Source: Sedimentisphaerales bacterium (GTDB lineage: Bacteria; Planctomycetota; Phycisphaerae; Sedimentisphaerales; SM23-30). From it: a stretch of DNA of 64,000 nt. The stretch lies in assembly GCA_963666285.1 (NCBI GenBank), contig OY762711.1, one strand, 5' to 3'. Both the position numbers and the translations under genes were made by a program. The stretch's first letter is position 1, and each line of letters begins with the position of its first letter. Shown piece after piece: positions 21,803-30,971 of this stretch. The notes under the pieces were generated by a model. The model was not told the origin of the DNA. It saw only the letters and a program-made list of their open reading frames with translations, and did not search any database.

Positions 21803-23236
21803 ATGAAAAATCAAATATATATAACAACAGCAATTCCATACGTAAACGGAGACCCGCACCTGGGTTTCACACTCGAACTCGTCCAGGCAGATGTAATCGC
21901 CAGGTACTACCGACTGATAAACACCCAGACACTGTTTCAGACCGGCACAGATGAAAATGCGTTCAAAAATGTGCTCAGCGCCCGCCGGGCCGGCATAGAA
22001 ACCAGTAAATTTGTCAGGCATAATGCCGACAAATTCCTGCGTTTGAACGACAGGCTGAAAATATCGTTAGACAGCTTTATCAGAACCTCATGCAGCAGTC
22101 ATCAATCAGGTGCCCAGCTGCTCTGGCAGCAATGCCGTCAGGAAGACATATACCAGAAAAGCTATACCGGGCTATACTGCACCGGGTGCGAAGATTTCCT
22201 CAACGAAGGCGTGCTAATCGACGGGCTATGCCCCGAACACCGTCAGCCGCCAACCGAAACCAGCGAAACTAACTACTTCTTCCGCCTGTCAGCCTATCAG
22301 GACAAGCTCGAAAAACTTATCTCCGACGACACTATCAGGGTAGTACCGCTGGCCAGGAAGAACCAGGTACTAAGCTTCATCAGAAGCGGGCTGCAGGATT
22401 TCAGTATTTCCCGCAACAGCGACAGGTCCGGCGGCTGGGGTGTGCCTGTCCCGGGTGACCCATCCCAAACGATCTATGTCTGGATCGACGCACTGGCAAA
22501 TTATCTGACCGGGATAGGGTTCGGCACCAACAATTCCTGGCTGCAAACCTGGAACGAACATAGTAAAAAGATCCACGTTATCGGCAAAAACGTATGGAAG
22601 TTCCACGCTATCTACTGGCCCGCTATCCTGCTGTCTGCCGGGCTGCCGCTGCCGAACGAAATAGTCGTTCACGGGTTTCTAACTGAAAACGGATCGAAGA
22701 TAAGTAAATCGCTTGGCAACGCAACCGATCCAAATATACTGATCGATCAGTACGGCCCGGACCCGCTGCGATATTACCTGCTGGCTGAGTTTTCGCCCTT
22801 TAATGATGGCGACTTTTCACTCGACAGGTTTAGAAAGACTTATGAAACCAGGCTGGCTAATACGCTTGGAAACCTGCTCAGCCGACTGACAACTATCTGC
22901 CAGAAATCGTCTTTCAGTAAATTCGATCCTGCCGGCATCCCCCAGGCACCGGACGGATTCCATGATTTTATCGCACAATATCAGCTCGACAAGGCCCTGG
23001 CATTATTGTGGTCTGTCATAACAACACTTAACCAGGATATCGACAACGTAAAACCATGGATACTGATCAAGGAGAATAAACTGGAAACCGTAAGGGAAAT
23101 TCTGCCCAGGTGGCTCGCCCGGCTCGAACAGGCGGCGTACTGGCTAACCCCGTTTATGCCCGACACTGCCGGTACAATCCTAAAAACGATCAGGAGCAAC
23201 CCCATCACACCCGGCGAAATACTATTTCCCAAATAA
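21803..23236 (+). CDS. metG: Methionyl-tRNA synthetase (short form, no C-terminal tRNA-binding domain)
   Basis: YITTAIPYVNGDPHLGF, TGTDE, CTGC...CPEH knuckle, YVWIDAL, FHAIYWPA, KISKS. Confidence 0.93.
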   Translation: MKNQIYITTAIPYVNGDPHLGFTLELVQADVIARYYRLINTQTLFQTGTDENAFKNVLSARRAGIETSKFVRHNADKFLRLNDRLKISLDSFIRTSCSSHQSGAQLLWQQCRQEDIYQKSYTGLYCTGCEDFLNEGVLIDGLCPEHRQPPTETSETNYFFRLSAYQDKLEKLISDDTIRVVPLARKNQVLSFIRSGLQDFSISRNSDRSGGWGVPVPGDPSQTIYVWIDALANYLTGIGFGTNNSWLQTWNEHSKKIHVIGKNVWKFHAIYWPAILLSAGLPLPNEIVVHGFLTENGSKISKSLGNATDPNILIDQYGPDPLRYYLLAEFSPFNDGDFSLDRFRKTYETRLANTLGNLLSRLTTICQKSSFSKFDPAGIPQAPDGFHDFIAQYQLDKALALLWSVITTLNQDIDNVKPWILIKENKLETVREILPRWLARLEQAAYWLTPFMPDTAGTILKTIRSNPITPGEILFPK

Positions 23237-23289
23237 CACCATACTATCAACAGCAATGCAAAGTTCAGATAATATGAGCTTTGCATTGT

Positions 23290-23754
23290 TTAGTTTTCTT
23301 TTATCGCTTCAGCCATATTTTCCGGCATGTCGGTAATAGTTATCTCGCGTGTGGTTTCGTTTATGTGTTTGATAGTGATATGGATCGGATCATAAGCGTC
23401 AACAATGGTATTAGTACGGTCAGCCCACTCTACCAGTACAATAGCCGGTCCGCAAAGCAGCTCATCGAACCCGATCGCCTCCAACTGGTCGGAGCTCTCC
23501 AGCCGCCAGGCATCCAAATGATAGATCATCAGCCGCCCTTCATACTCGTTCATCAGCGTAAAGGTCGGGCTGGTAACATCTTCAACATCGGGCACATCAA
23601 GCCCGGCGGCAATGCCCTTTATCAGGTGTGTCTTACCGGCACCAAGGTTGCCCACCAGCGACACCAGCGTGCCGGGGGCGACATTACGCCCGATCTGCTC
23701 GCCCAGTGCCAGGGTCTGGGCGATACTGGTACTTGTTATTGTTATACTGCTCAT
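23290..23754 (-). CDS. tsaE: tRNA t6A biosynthesis ATPase TsaE
   Basis: GNLGAGKT, VTSPTFTLMNEY, HLDAWRL, VEWAD. Confidence 0.95.
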   Translation of the reverse strand: MSSITITSTSIAQTLALGEQIGRNVAPGTLVSLVGNLGAGKTHLIKGIAAGLDVPDVEDVTSPTFTLMNEYEGRLMIYHLDAWRLESSDQLEAIGFDELLCGPAIVLVEWADRTNTIVDAYDPIHITIKHINETTREITITDMPENMAEAIKEN

Positions 23755-23843
23755 AGGGTCATATATGATAACAACAGAAACAGAAATTTAAACGAAAAAA
23801 TGATACCGCCAGGCGTTCCCCGACGGCAAAACAGGCAGGAAAA

Positions 23844-24719
23844 TCAGATTTTTCCGGATGATAACGCGACCCAACCGTCATTATCAGGATGAAAATACGC
23901 GTATATCCCCTTGCGGCAATGCTCCATCGTACTCTGCGGATAAAAACAGTTTGTATAGCAGTTACACGACTGGTACAGCTCTTCGACCTCGTCAATACCT
24001 AAAGCCAGGCATTCAAACTCCTCATCAACATCGGATATATACTCCATAACCTTATTGATAACCTGACGAGGCTGAACAACAAACTCGCGGCCAATATGCT
24101 CTTCCGTCAAAAGATAATCCATAACAAACATATTATGATTGTCGTCGGTACTGAACCGGTCAAACAAACCGACAAGGTCGTCTTTGGTCAGGAAATAACT
24201 CAGGCCCTCAGCAACAATAAAAGTCGGCTTGCTCCTGTTATACCCGCAATAAGATTCCAATCGCGAGACCATATCATCATCTCTGACATCGGCCTGCAGA
24301 AAATTTATACGGCCATACAACTCCGGTGCAATATCGGCATACAGCTGGCGTTTACTGATATTGTCAGCCAGATCAACCTCAATAACATTATCGAGCTTAT
24401 TGCCGTATAGATCCAAAGCTTCCAGCGCCAGCGGATCGGCCCCGGCCGCGAGAACAACAAGCTGAAAATGCCCTTCTGTCCGGCGGTTAAACTGTTCCAG
24501 CAGTTTACGGATATAAAACTTACGGTTGATAATAACCTCTGAATACCAGGGGCATATTATATTACAGGACTCTACCAGGTCATAACCCTCGCTAAGGTCC
24601 AACCGGTCAACATACGCCCGGGCGTAGCGATTGCGCAACGCCTCCATGCCCCACAACATCACCAGTGCTGCGGTATGCGATAGTTTTATCCCTGCTTTAT
24701 TTCGATCTGGCCCTGCCAT
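23844..24719 (-). CDS. Class I SAM-dependent methyltransferase (leucine carboxyl methyltransferase-like)
   Basis: VVLAAGAD, IEVD, ADVRD, PTFIVAEGLSYFL. Confidence 0.75.
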   Translation of the reverse strand: MAGPDRNKAGIKLSHTAALVMLWGMEALRNRYARAYVDRLDLSEGYDLVESCNIICPWYSEVIINRKFYIRKLLEQFNRRTEGHFQLVVLAAGADPLALEALDLYGNKLDNVIEVDLADNISKRQLYADIAPELYGRINFLQADVRDDDMVSRLESYCGYNRSKPTFIVAEGLSYFLTKDDLVGLFDRFSTDDNHNMFVMDYLLTEEHIGREFVVQPRQVINKVMEYISDVDEEFECLALGIDEVEELYQSCNCYTNCFYPQSTMEHCRKGIYAYFHPDNDGWVALSSGKI

Positions 24720-24764
24720 ATATTACCCCAATCCAGATATATTCTTTAATTATCAGCGGTAAAT

Positions 24765-25169
24765 TTAGTCGCTGACTTTCTTTTTCATAATATTACCCGG
24801 TTCAGCTACTTTCCTGTAACCAAGCGCAATAATGATTTCAAGAATCTCGGTATAACTCGGAAATGGTTTATTATTAACCCGTTTATACTCATCAATAGCC
24901 TTGATAAGTTCGAACTGGTCATCGGTCATCTCGCCTTCTTCGGCACTGCGCCTGTCATCACAACGACGGCGACCGGGTCCGCGACGACGTTCCATAGCCG
25001 CGCGACGTTCCAGTTCTGTCTCTCTACGATCCGGACCATCAAACTCTGTTTCTAAACAACGTCTGTCCATACCGCTTCTGCGGTCTGATTTGCTGCGCCG
25101 ATCGGAACCTTTGCGATTTTCCTGATCTACCTTTTCATCCTGAAGTTCTAGTACTTCCTGTTCAGCCAT
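24765..25169 (-). CDS. Hypothetical protein with repeated (D/E)RR motifs
   Basis: DRRSKSDRRSGMDRR...ERRAAMERRRGPGRRRCDDRR followed by AEEGEMTDDQFELIKAIDEYKRVNNKPFP; AGGAG RBS. Confidence 0.75.
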   Translation of the reverse strand: MAEQEVLELQDEKVDQENRKGSDRRSKSDRRSGMDRRCLETEFDGPDRRETELERRAAMERRRGPGRRRCDDRRSAEEGEMTDDQFELIKAIDEYKRVNNKPFPSYTEILEIIIALGYRKVAEPGNIMKKKVSD

Positions 25170-25241
25170 TTCTAATTTCTCCTGTCCTTTACTAAGGAAT
25201 TAAATACCTTGTCTTTCTGCTATAATCAATGACATTTTGAA

Positions 25242-25652
25242 TCAATATAAGTCATCTTCGTCCATATACCCACCCGCACCATAGTCATCATCTTCATCGT
25301 AGCCGTCATCTTCATCGTAGTCATCGTCGTCGTCATAGCCCATTACATCATCTTTGATTTCTTCTTCTTCATCATCCAGCGGACTGTAATCTGAAAAATC
25401 GTCATCATCGTCGGCATCGCCGAAAAGCTTTTCATCCTCATCAATCTCGGCATTATCTTCCAGCTCTTCCTGCTGAATCAGAATATGCCTGGCATCTTCC
25501 AGCTCTTCCTCTGGTACCATCACCGCAATTTCATCTTCACTTTCTGTGTCAATCTCAACAGAAATATCATGATCTTCCAAAAGTGTCTGGTAAAATTCAG
25601 CCTTTTCCAAACTTTTAACATATACCAGAACTGACATATCCTGGGCCATCAT
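25242..25652 (-). CDS. Acidic hypothetical protein (DUF2007-like N-terminus, Asp/Glu-rich tail)
   Basis: AEFYQTLLEDHDI...VMVPEEELEDARHIL; GAGG RBS. Confidence 0.7.
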   Translation of the reverse strand: MMAQDMSVLVYVKSLEKAEFYQTLLEDHDISVEIDTESEDEIAVMVPEEELEDARHILIQQEELEDNAEIDEDEKLFGDADDDDDFSDYSPLDDEEEEIKDDVMGYDDDDDYDEDDGYDEDDDYGAGGYMDEDDLY

Positions 25653-26192
25653 ATTATTACCTCGCTCAAAACGTTGTCCTTAACAATATATTTCTCTTAT
25701 GAACGATAAACTTTTTCTTATAACAATATTAAATACAGAAACTTATAAACATTTTCAATCTGCCGGTATTTTATTATAGCACCTTGCAGCTGTATAAGTT
25801 TACTTTTACAATATTTCCATTCTTCTTTCTTTTCGGATTTATGCACATCTTCTTTTAAGAAAAAATGGATTTTCTACCGATAACTTTTCATCTTTAGGTA
25901 AAATACCTGATACCAATACCCATATTCACGATTATTCCGATTATCCATCGTTCCTGATAACAGGTGATTTTACTTATGGTTTGCTGATATATTCACTATC
26001 CCGCTTTTGAATTGATAATTATTTCATATCAGTTATATTTATATAGTCAGTAATATTTCGTCAGCCGGCGGCAACGGAAGTTATTATAATTAAATTAGTT
26101 AGCAATTATATAACCTTTACAGGTCTGCTGTTGCTTTGTGTATGAATATGTGGGGTATCATATTTTTCAATTGGCATATCAGAAAAGAGACT

Positions 26193-26855
26193 ATGAGCAA
26201 TAACAACTTAAATCTATTATATGAAACACTTTACAACCACTACGGGCCGCAGTATTGGTGGCCTGGAGATACCACCTTTGAGATTATGGTAGGTGCTATT
26301 CTGACCCAGAACACAAACTGGACCAACGTTGAAAAGGCTATTAAGAATCTTATTGATGCCGATGCTTTGTCTTTAGAAGTCATAAATAAAATGGAACATG
26401 ACCGGCTTGCGGAACTTATCAGACCTGCCGGATACTTCAATGTAAAAACCAAACGCCTGAAAGCTTTTACTGAATGGCTGGCACAAAACGCCGGCGAAGA
26501 CCTGGAATCTCTTAAAAGTTATTCGCTCAGTTCACTGAGAGAGCAACTGCTGGCGGTAAAAGGAATAGGCAAGGAAACCGCCGACTCTATACTCCTTTAT
26601 GCCCTGGGCATGCCAACTTTTGTCGTCGACACTTATACCTATAGAGTTTTTACCCGCCATCAGCTGATCGAACCGGAAGCTGATTATGACGAACTTCGAG
26701 ATTTCTGCATGTGGAACCTGGAAGAAGATATACAACTTTATAATGAGTTCCATGCCCTGCTGGTGATGGTAGGCAAAAATCACTGCAAACCAAAACCAAA
26801 ATGCCAGGGATGCCCGCTGGAACATTTACCTCACGAAATAGAAATGGATTTCTAA
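26193..26855 (+). CDS. Endonuclease III-related HhH-GPD DNA glycosylase
   Basis: GPQYWWP, AILTQNTNW, LLAVKGIGKETADSI, VVDTYT, C-terminal Cys cluster. Confidence 0.9.
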   Translation: MSNNNLNLLYETLYNHYGPQYWWPGDTTFEIMVGAILTQNTNWTNVEKAIKNLIDADALSLEVINKMEHDRLAELIRPAGYFNVKTKRLKAFTEWLAQNAGEDLESLKSYSLSSLREQLLAVKGIGKETADSILLYALGMPTFVVDTYTYRVFTRHQLIEPEADYDELRDFCMWNLEEDIQLYNEFHALLVMVGKNHCKPKPKCQGCPLEHLPHEIEMDF

Positions 26856-26906
26856 ACCTGTTCTTAAAAGAAAAAGCAAATATGCAGTTATTACCAAGGA
26901 TGCAGC

Positions 26907-28298
26907 ATGAGACCAATACTGACAGATGAAATTAAAATCGCGATAAATGCCGTAATGAAAACCAGGATGAATAAGGCACTTATCCATGACGTCTCAATTG
27001 ATTCGCGCGAACCGCAAACAGATAAAATCTTTTTCGCCATTCGCGGCGAACGATTTGACGGCCATAGTTTCATCGACCAGGTGGTTCACAACGGCGCCGG
27101 TGCCATTGTCGTCGATCAAGATATTGCTATTACTCCTGTTATGAAAGACCGGGAAGTCGTGGTTTATAAGGTTAACGATACCATCGAAGCCCTGGGGAGA
27201 CTGGCCAGATATTATCGAAGCAAAATGATTGGTGCCGTACAGGTTATTGCCGTTACCGGCTCAAATGGCAAGACAACCGTTAGAGAGATGATCCATCACA
27301 CTCTTTCAACTAAATACAAATCCAGCCAATCGCCGAAGAATTTTAATAATAACATCGGTGTTCCACTGAGTATCCTTTCAGTCGAACATGATCAGGACTT
27401 TGCCGTTATCGAACTGGGTACAAATTCGCCCGGTGAGATACATTATCTTTCGCAAATTGCTCAGCCTGATATCGCCGTGATCACATCGATCGGCCCTTCC
27501 CACCTGGAAGGACTGAAATCTATCGACGGGGTATGCGCAGAAAAATCTTCGATTGTCTCCGGCCTGAAAAAAGGCGGAACCGTTATCTGTACCGCCTCCG
27601 CCCCGGATGCAATTACTCGACTGAAGCATAGTAATGTCAAGATTATTACTTTCGGCCTGAATCGCGACAGTGACGTTCATGCCGTAAATATCAAGACCGA
27701 CTCTGACGGCAGTATAACCTTTGAAACCAATGACCGCTGCCGAATCACCCTGCCGATACCCGGTAAACACAATGTCAGTAACGCCCTGGCGGCTCTTGCG
27801 GTCTGCAGAAAGATGGATATTACTACCGGGCAGTTCGCTGATGCCATCAAGAGTTTTAATGCTGTAGGCGGAAGACTGAACGTTAAGAAAAACGGGAATA
27901 TAACCATAATAGATGACAGTTATAACGCCAACCCTGCCAGTATGGAAGCAGCCCTGGATGTGATGGATGACCTGGAAGCGGCAAGAAGAATTTTCTGCTG
28001 CGGCGATATGGGAGAACTGGGCTCGCAATCTAGTCAGCTCCACCATACACTCGGCGACACAATTGCCTTGAGCAAAACAGATATACTGATTACTGCCGGA
28101 CAGCTGAGTAGAGAAACTGCTGATGCTGCGGTTGATGCCGGGCTCAGCAGCAGTAATGTATTTTCATTTGACGATGCAAATGAGGCTGCCGTAAAGCTGA
28201 CCGATATTGCACAGCCAGGAGATGTTATCCTGGTTAAAGGTTCACGAATGATGCAAATGGAAAAAATAGCAAAACGTGTAAAAGAATACTTCCAATGA
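26907..28298 (+). CDS. murF: UDP-N-acetylmuramoyl-tripeptide--D-Ala-D-Ala ligase
   Basis: DSRE, GERFDGH, VTGSNGKTT, NFNNNIGVPL, DDSYNANP, VKGSR. Confidence 0.95.
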   Translation: MRPILTDEIKIAINAVMKTRMNKALIHDVSIDSREPQTDKIFFAIRGERFDGHSFIDQVVHNGAGAIVVDQDIAITPVMKDREVVVYKVNDTIEALGRLARYYRSKMIGAVQVIAVTGSNGKTTVREMIHHTLSTKYKSSQSPKNFNNNIGVPLSILSVEHDQDFAVIELGTNSPGEIHYLSQIAQPDIAVITSIGPSHLEGLKSIDGVCAEKSSIVSGLKKGGTVICTASAPDAITRLKHSNVKIITFGLNRDSDVHAVNIKTDSDGSITFETNDRCRITLPIPGKHNVSNALAALAVCRKMDITTGQFADAIKSFNAVGGRLNVKKNGNITIIDDSYNANPASMEAALDVMDDLEAARRIFCCGDMGELGSQSSQLHHTLGDTIALSKTDILITAGQLSRETADAAVDAGLSSSNVFSFDDANEAAVKLTDIAQPGDVILVKGSRMMQMEKIAKRVKEYFQ

Positions 28299-29437
28299 AG
28301 ATAATAATCGCACCAGACTCATTCAAAGAATCACTCAGGGCCGAGCAGGCAGCAAACGCTATCGCTGCCGGCGCCCGCAAGGCTGCTCCTGGTGCCGCTA
28401 TCGAATTAGTCCCGTTGGCTGACGGCGGCGAAGGACTTATCAGCTGCTTCAAATTCAAAGATCACCATATCGAAACCTGCCATGTGCATGGCCCGCTTTC
28501 CGGGTATGTAACCGCTGAATATCTTATCTTCGAGGAAAACAAACGCAAAACCGCCGTTATAGAAATGGCATCTGCCGCCGGAATTGAACTGATTCCGACA
28601 GAACAAAGAAACCCGCTCCTGACTACGACTTATGGCGTAGGTGAAATAATATTTAATGCCTATAACAAAGGCTGCCGCAAGTTCTATATCGGGTTGGGCG
28701 GCTCTGCTACCAGCGATTGCGGCTGCGGCATGGCTCAGGCACTTGGCGTACGGTTTTATGACTCGCAGTGCAATGAAATTGAACCGGCGATAAACGCGGC
28801 TCTCAATATTCATATCAATTCAATTAATACGGAAAACATTTCCATTGATATAAACGATTGCTCTTTTACCGCGGTTTGCGATGTTGCCAACCCGCTGCTT
28901 GGCGAGCTCGGCGCCGCTTTTACCTATGCCCGTCAGAAAGGGGCTGATGACAACCAGATCATCCAGATCGAACAGGCTTCAACCTCGGTCGTTTCCGTTA
29001 TCGAAAAAGAAACATGCAAAAAGTTGAGGTATATTCCCGGCAGCGGTGCAGCAGGCGGCATCGGTGTTTCTATTGTCGCCTTCATGGACGGAAAACTCGA
29101 ACCCGGCATGGAAATAATTTTACGGGAAACTGATTTCTACAGTAAAATAAAGGATGCCGACCTGATCATAACCGGCGAAGGATGCATCGACCAGACTACC
29201 ATACATGGCAAAGTTATCTCCGGCGTTCTAAAAGCAGCCTCTGGGATACCTGTCATTGCCCTGTGCGGAGCAATCCAGGGCGATATCAAACCTCTATACG
29301 AAGCCGGGCTGACCGCCGCGTATTCCATTTGCCCCGGACCGGCCACACTTCAGCAGGCAATAAATGACACTGCACCTAACCTTGCCAGAACCGCACACCA
29401 GGTAGTAAAAACTTTTATTGCCGGAAATGGTTTATGA
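28295..29437 (+). CDS. glxK: Glycerate kinase
   Basis: MKIIIAPDSFKES, ADGGEG, GLGGSATSD, GAAGG, ITGEG. Confidence 0.93.
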   Translation: MKIIIAPDSFKESLRAEQAANAIAAGARKAAPGAAIELVPLADGGEGLISCFKFKDHHIETCHVHGPLSGYVTAEYLIFEENKRKTAVIEMASAAGIELIPTEQRNPLLTTTYGVGEIIFNAYNKGCRKFYIGLGGSATSDCGCGMAQALGVRFYDSQCNEIEPAINAALNIHINSINTENISIDINDCSFTAVCDVANPLLGELGAAFTYARQKGADDNQIIQIEQASTSVVSVIEKETCKKLRYIPGSGAAGGIGVSIVAFMDGKLEPGMEIILRETDFYSKIKDADLIITGEGCIDQTTIHGKVISGVLKAASGIPVIALCGAIQGDIKPLYEAGLTAAYSICPGPATLQQAINDTAPNLARTAHQVVKTFIAGNGL

Positions 29438-29474
29438 AGTTGACCATTTTTTTTTGCATCGGTCACACTCAAGC

Positions 29475-30551
29475 TCATTCTATCCAGCCGCCGCCAAGAA
29501 CATACTCACCATCATATACCACTGCCGCCTGACCCGGAGTTACCGCTAATATCGGCTCTTCAAACTCAACCTTCATCCTGCCGGTATAGTTATCACCATC
29601 CCAGATCGGGATAATCCTGCCCGGTTTGCCCGGCCTGTTATTATATCGTATCTGTACAAGCGAATCGAAAGGCTCACGCGGCGGCTCAGGCATCAGCCAT
29701 ACCATATCACCGGCAGACAGTTCCGGGCTATGTGCCTGTTCCTTGTTGCCCAGCACGACAGTATTAGTCTCTGCGTCCAGCTTAATAACATACGCCGGGT
29801 CACCCAGCGGAATCCCCAGGCCCTTTCGCTGGCCAATAGTAACCCTGTGTATGCCGTTATGCTCGCCCAGTACTTTGCCGGTGGAATCAATCACTTTGCC
29901 CGGCCGGTCAAGCTCTGGTGCCCGCTCTGCCAACAGAGCAATATAGTCATCATTAGGAACAAAACATATCTCCATCGAATCACTCTTGGCATGAACCGGC
30001 AAATCCATATCTTTGGCTATCTGGCGAATCTCATTTTTATGATAGCCGCCGGTGGGAAGTATCACTCGCTGAAGACGTTCCAGCCCCATGCCAAAAAGCG
30101 AATACGACTGATCCTTACCCATATCTGCCCCACGTCTCAAACGCTTACCGTTCGGACCATCTTCAACACGGGCATAATGACCGGTAGCAACATAATCAAA
30201 ACCCTGGTCAAGGGCATAGTCTGCTATCTTGCCAAACTTCAAACGGCGATTACACATCACGCAAGGATTGGGGGTACGACCGGCCTGGTATTCCGCAACA
30301 AAATAATCTACTATCTTTTCTATTTCGCTGCGATAGTCGACAACTATCAGCTCGATGCCAAGCTTATCGGCAACATCGCGGGCATCAGCTTCAGCAACAT
30401 CCTGGTCGGAGCCGGAGCTTCGGTTCTGGCCCAGCTGCATAAACAAACCGCTCACCCGGTATCCCTGCCGAAGCAGCAATCCGGCAGTTGCCGAACTGTC
30501 TACCCCGCCACTCATTGCCACCAGTACTCTTTTATTATCTGCATTTGTCAT
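29475..30551 (-). CDS. mnmA: tRNA 2-thiouridine synthase MnmA
   Basis: AMSGGVDSS, TPNPCVMCN, ATGHYA, KDQSY, TIGQRKG, VTPGQ. Confidence 0.97.
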   Translation of the reverse strand: MTNADNKRVLVAMSGGVDSSATAGLLLRQGYRVSGLFMQLGQNRSSGSDQDVAEADARDVADKLGIELIVVDYRSEIEKIVDYFVAEYQAGRTPNPCVMCNRRLKFGKIADYALDQGFDYVATGHYARVEDGPNGKRLRRGADMGKDQSYSLFGMGLERLQRVILPTGGYHKNEIRQIAKDMDLPVHAKSDSMEICFVPNDDYIALLAERAPELDRPGKVIDSTGKVLGEHNGIHRVTIGQRKGLGIPLGDPAYVIKLDAETNTVVLGNKEQAHSPELSAGDMVWLMPEPPREPFDSLVQIRYNNRPGKPGRIIPIWDGDNYTGRMKVEFEEPILAVTPGQAAVVYDGEYVLGGGWIE

Positions 30552-30645
30552 GATTAAGATTATATGACATAAATATGAAAAATGCAAACATACTGTTAAA
30601 GTAAGAAATTGAGTAACTCTTTTTTAATTAATCAAATTTTTATAA

Positions 30646-30954
30646 CTATCTTAGTAACATATTAAAAATCATAATAAATAAAAATAATAACCCAAAAGTA
30701 AATAATATTTTCCCAGAATTAAGATACTTTTTCTTTAAATGTTTTAATTTCGCATCTGAAAAATCTTCACTAGAACGAATGAATTTTCTCAATTTATATT
30801 TATTAACTGTCTGGTGATGATAGATAATTTCTAACCTTTCAGGATAGTTTTCTTTTAAGTATTTTGTTAGTTGAAAAAGAGATTTTATATTCCAATAAAA
30901 ACAAAGGAAATACAATATAATAAAAATCACAATAAGAATATATAAATAGTCCAT
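30646..30954 (-). CDS. Small AT-rich hypothetical membrane protein
   Basis: 102 aa with hydrophobic segments at both ends; follows mlaD by 17 nt. Confidence 0.55.
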   Translation of the reverse strand: MDYLYILIVIFIILYFLCFYWNIKSLFQLTKYLKENYPERLEIIYHHQTVNKYKLRKFIRSSEDFSDAKLKHLKKKYLNSGKILFTFGLLFLFIMIFNMLLR

Positions 30955-30971
30955 AATAATAACCGAAAAAT

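Noticed and set aside
25242..25400. (TCA/TCG)n trinucleotide-like repeats
   Set aside because: They simply encode the Asp-rich tail of the minus-strand protein.
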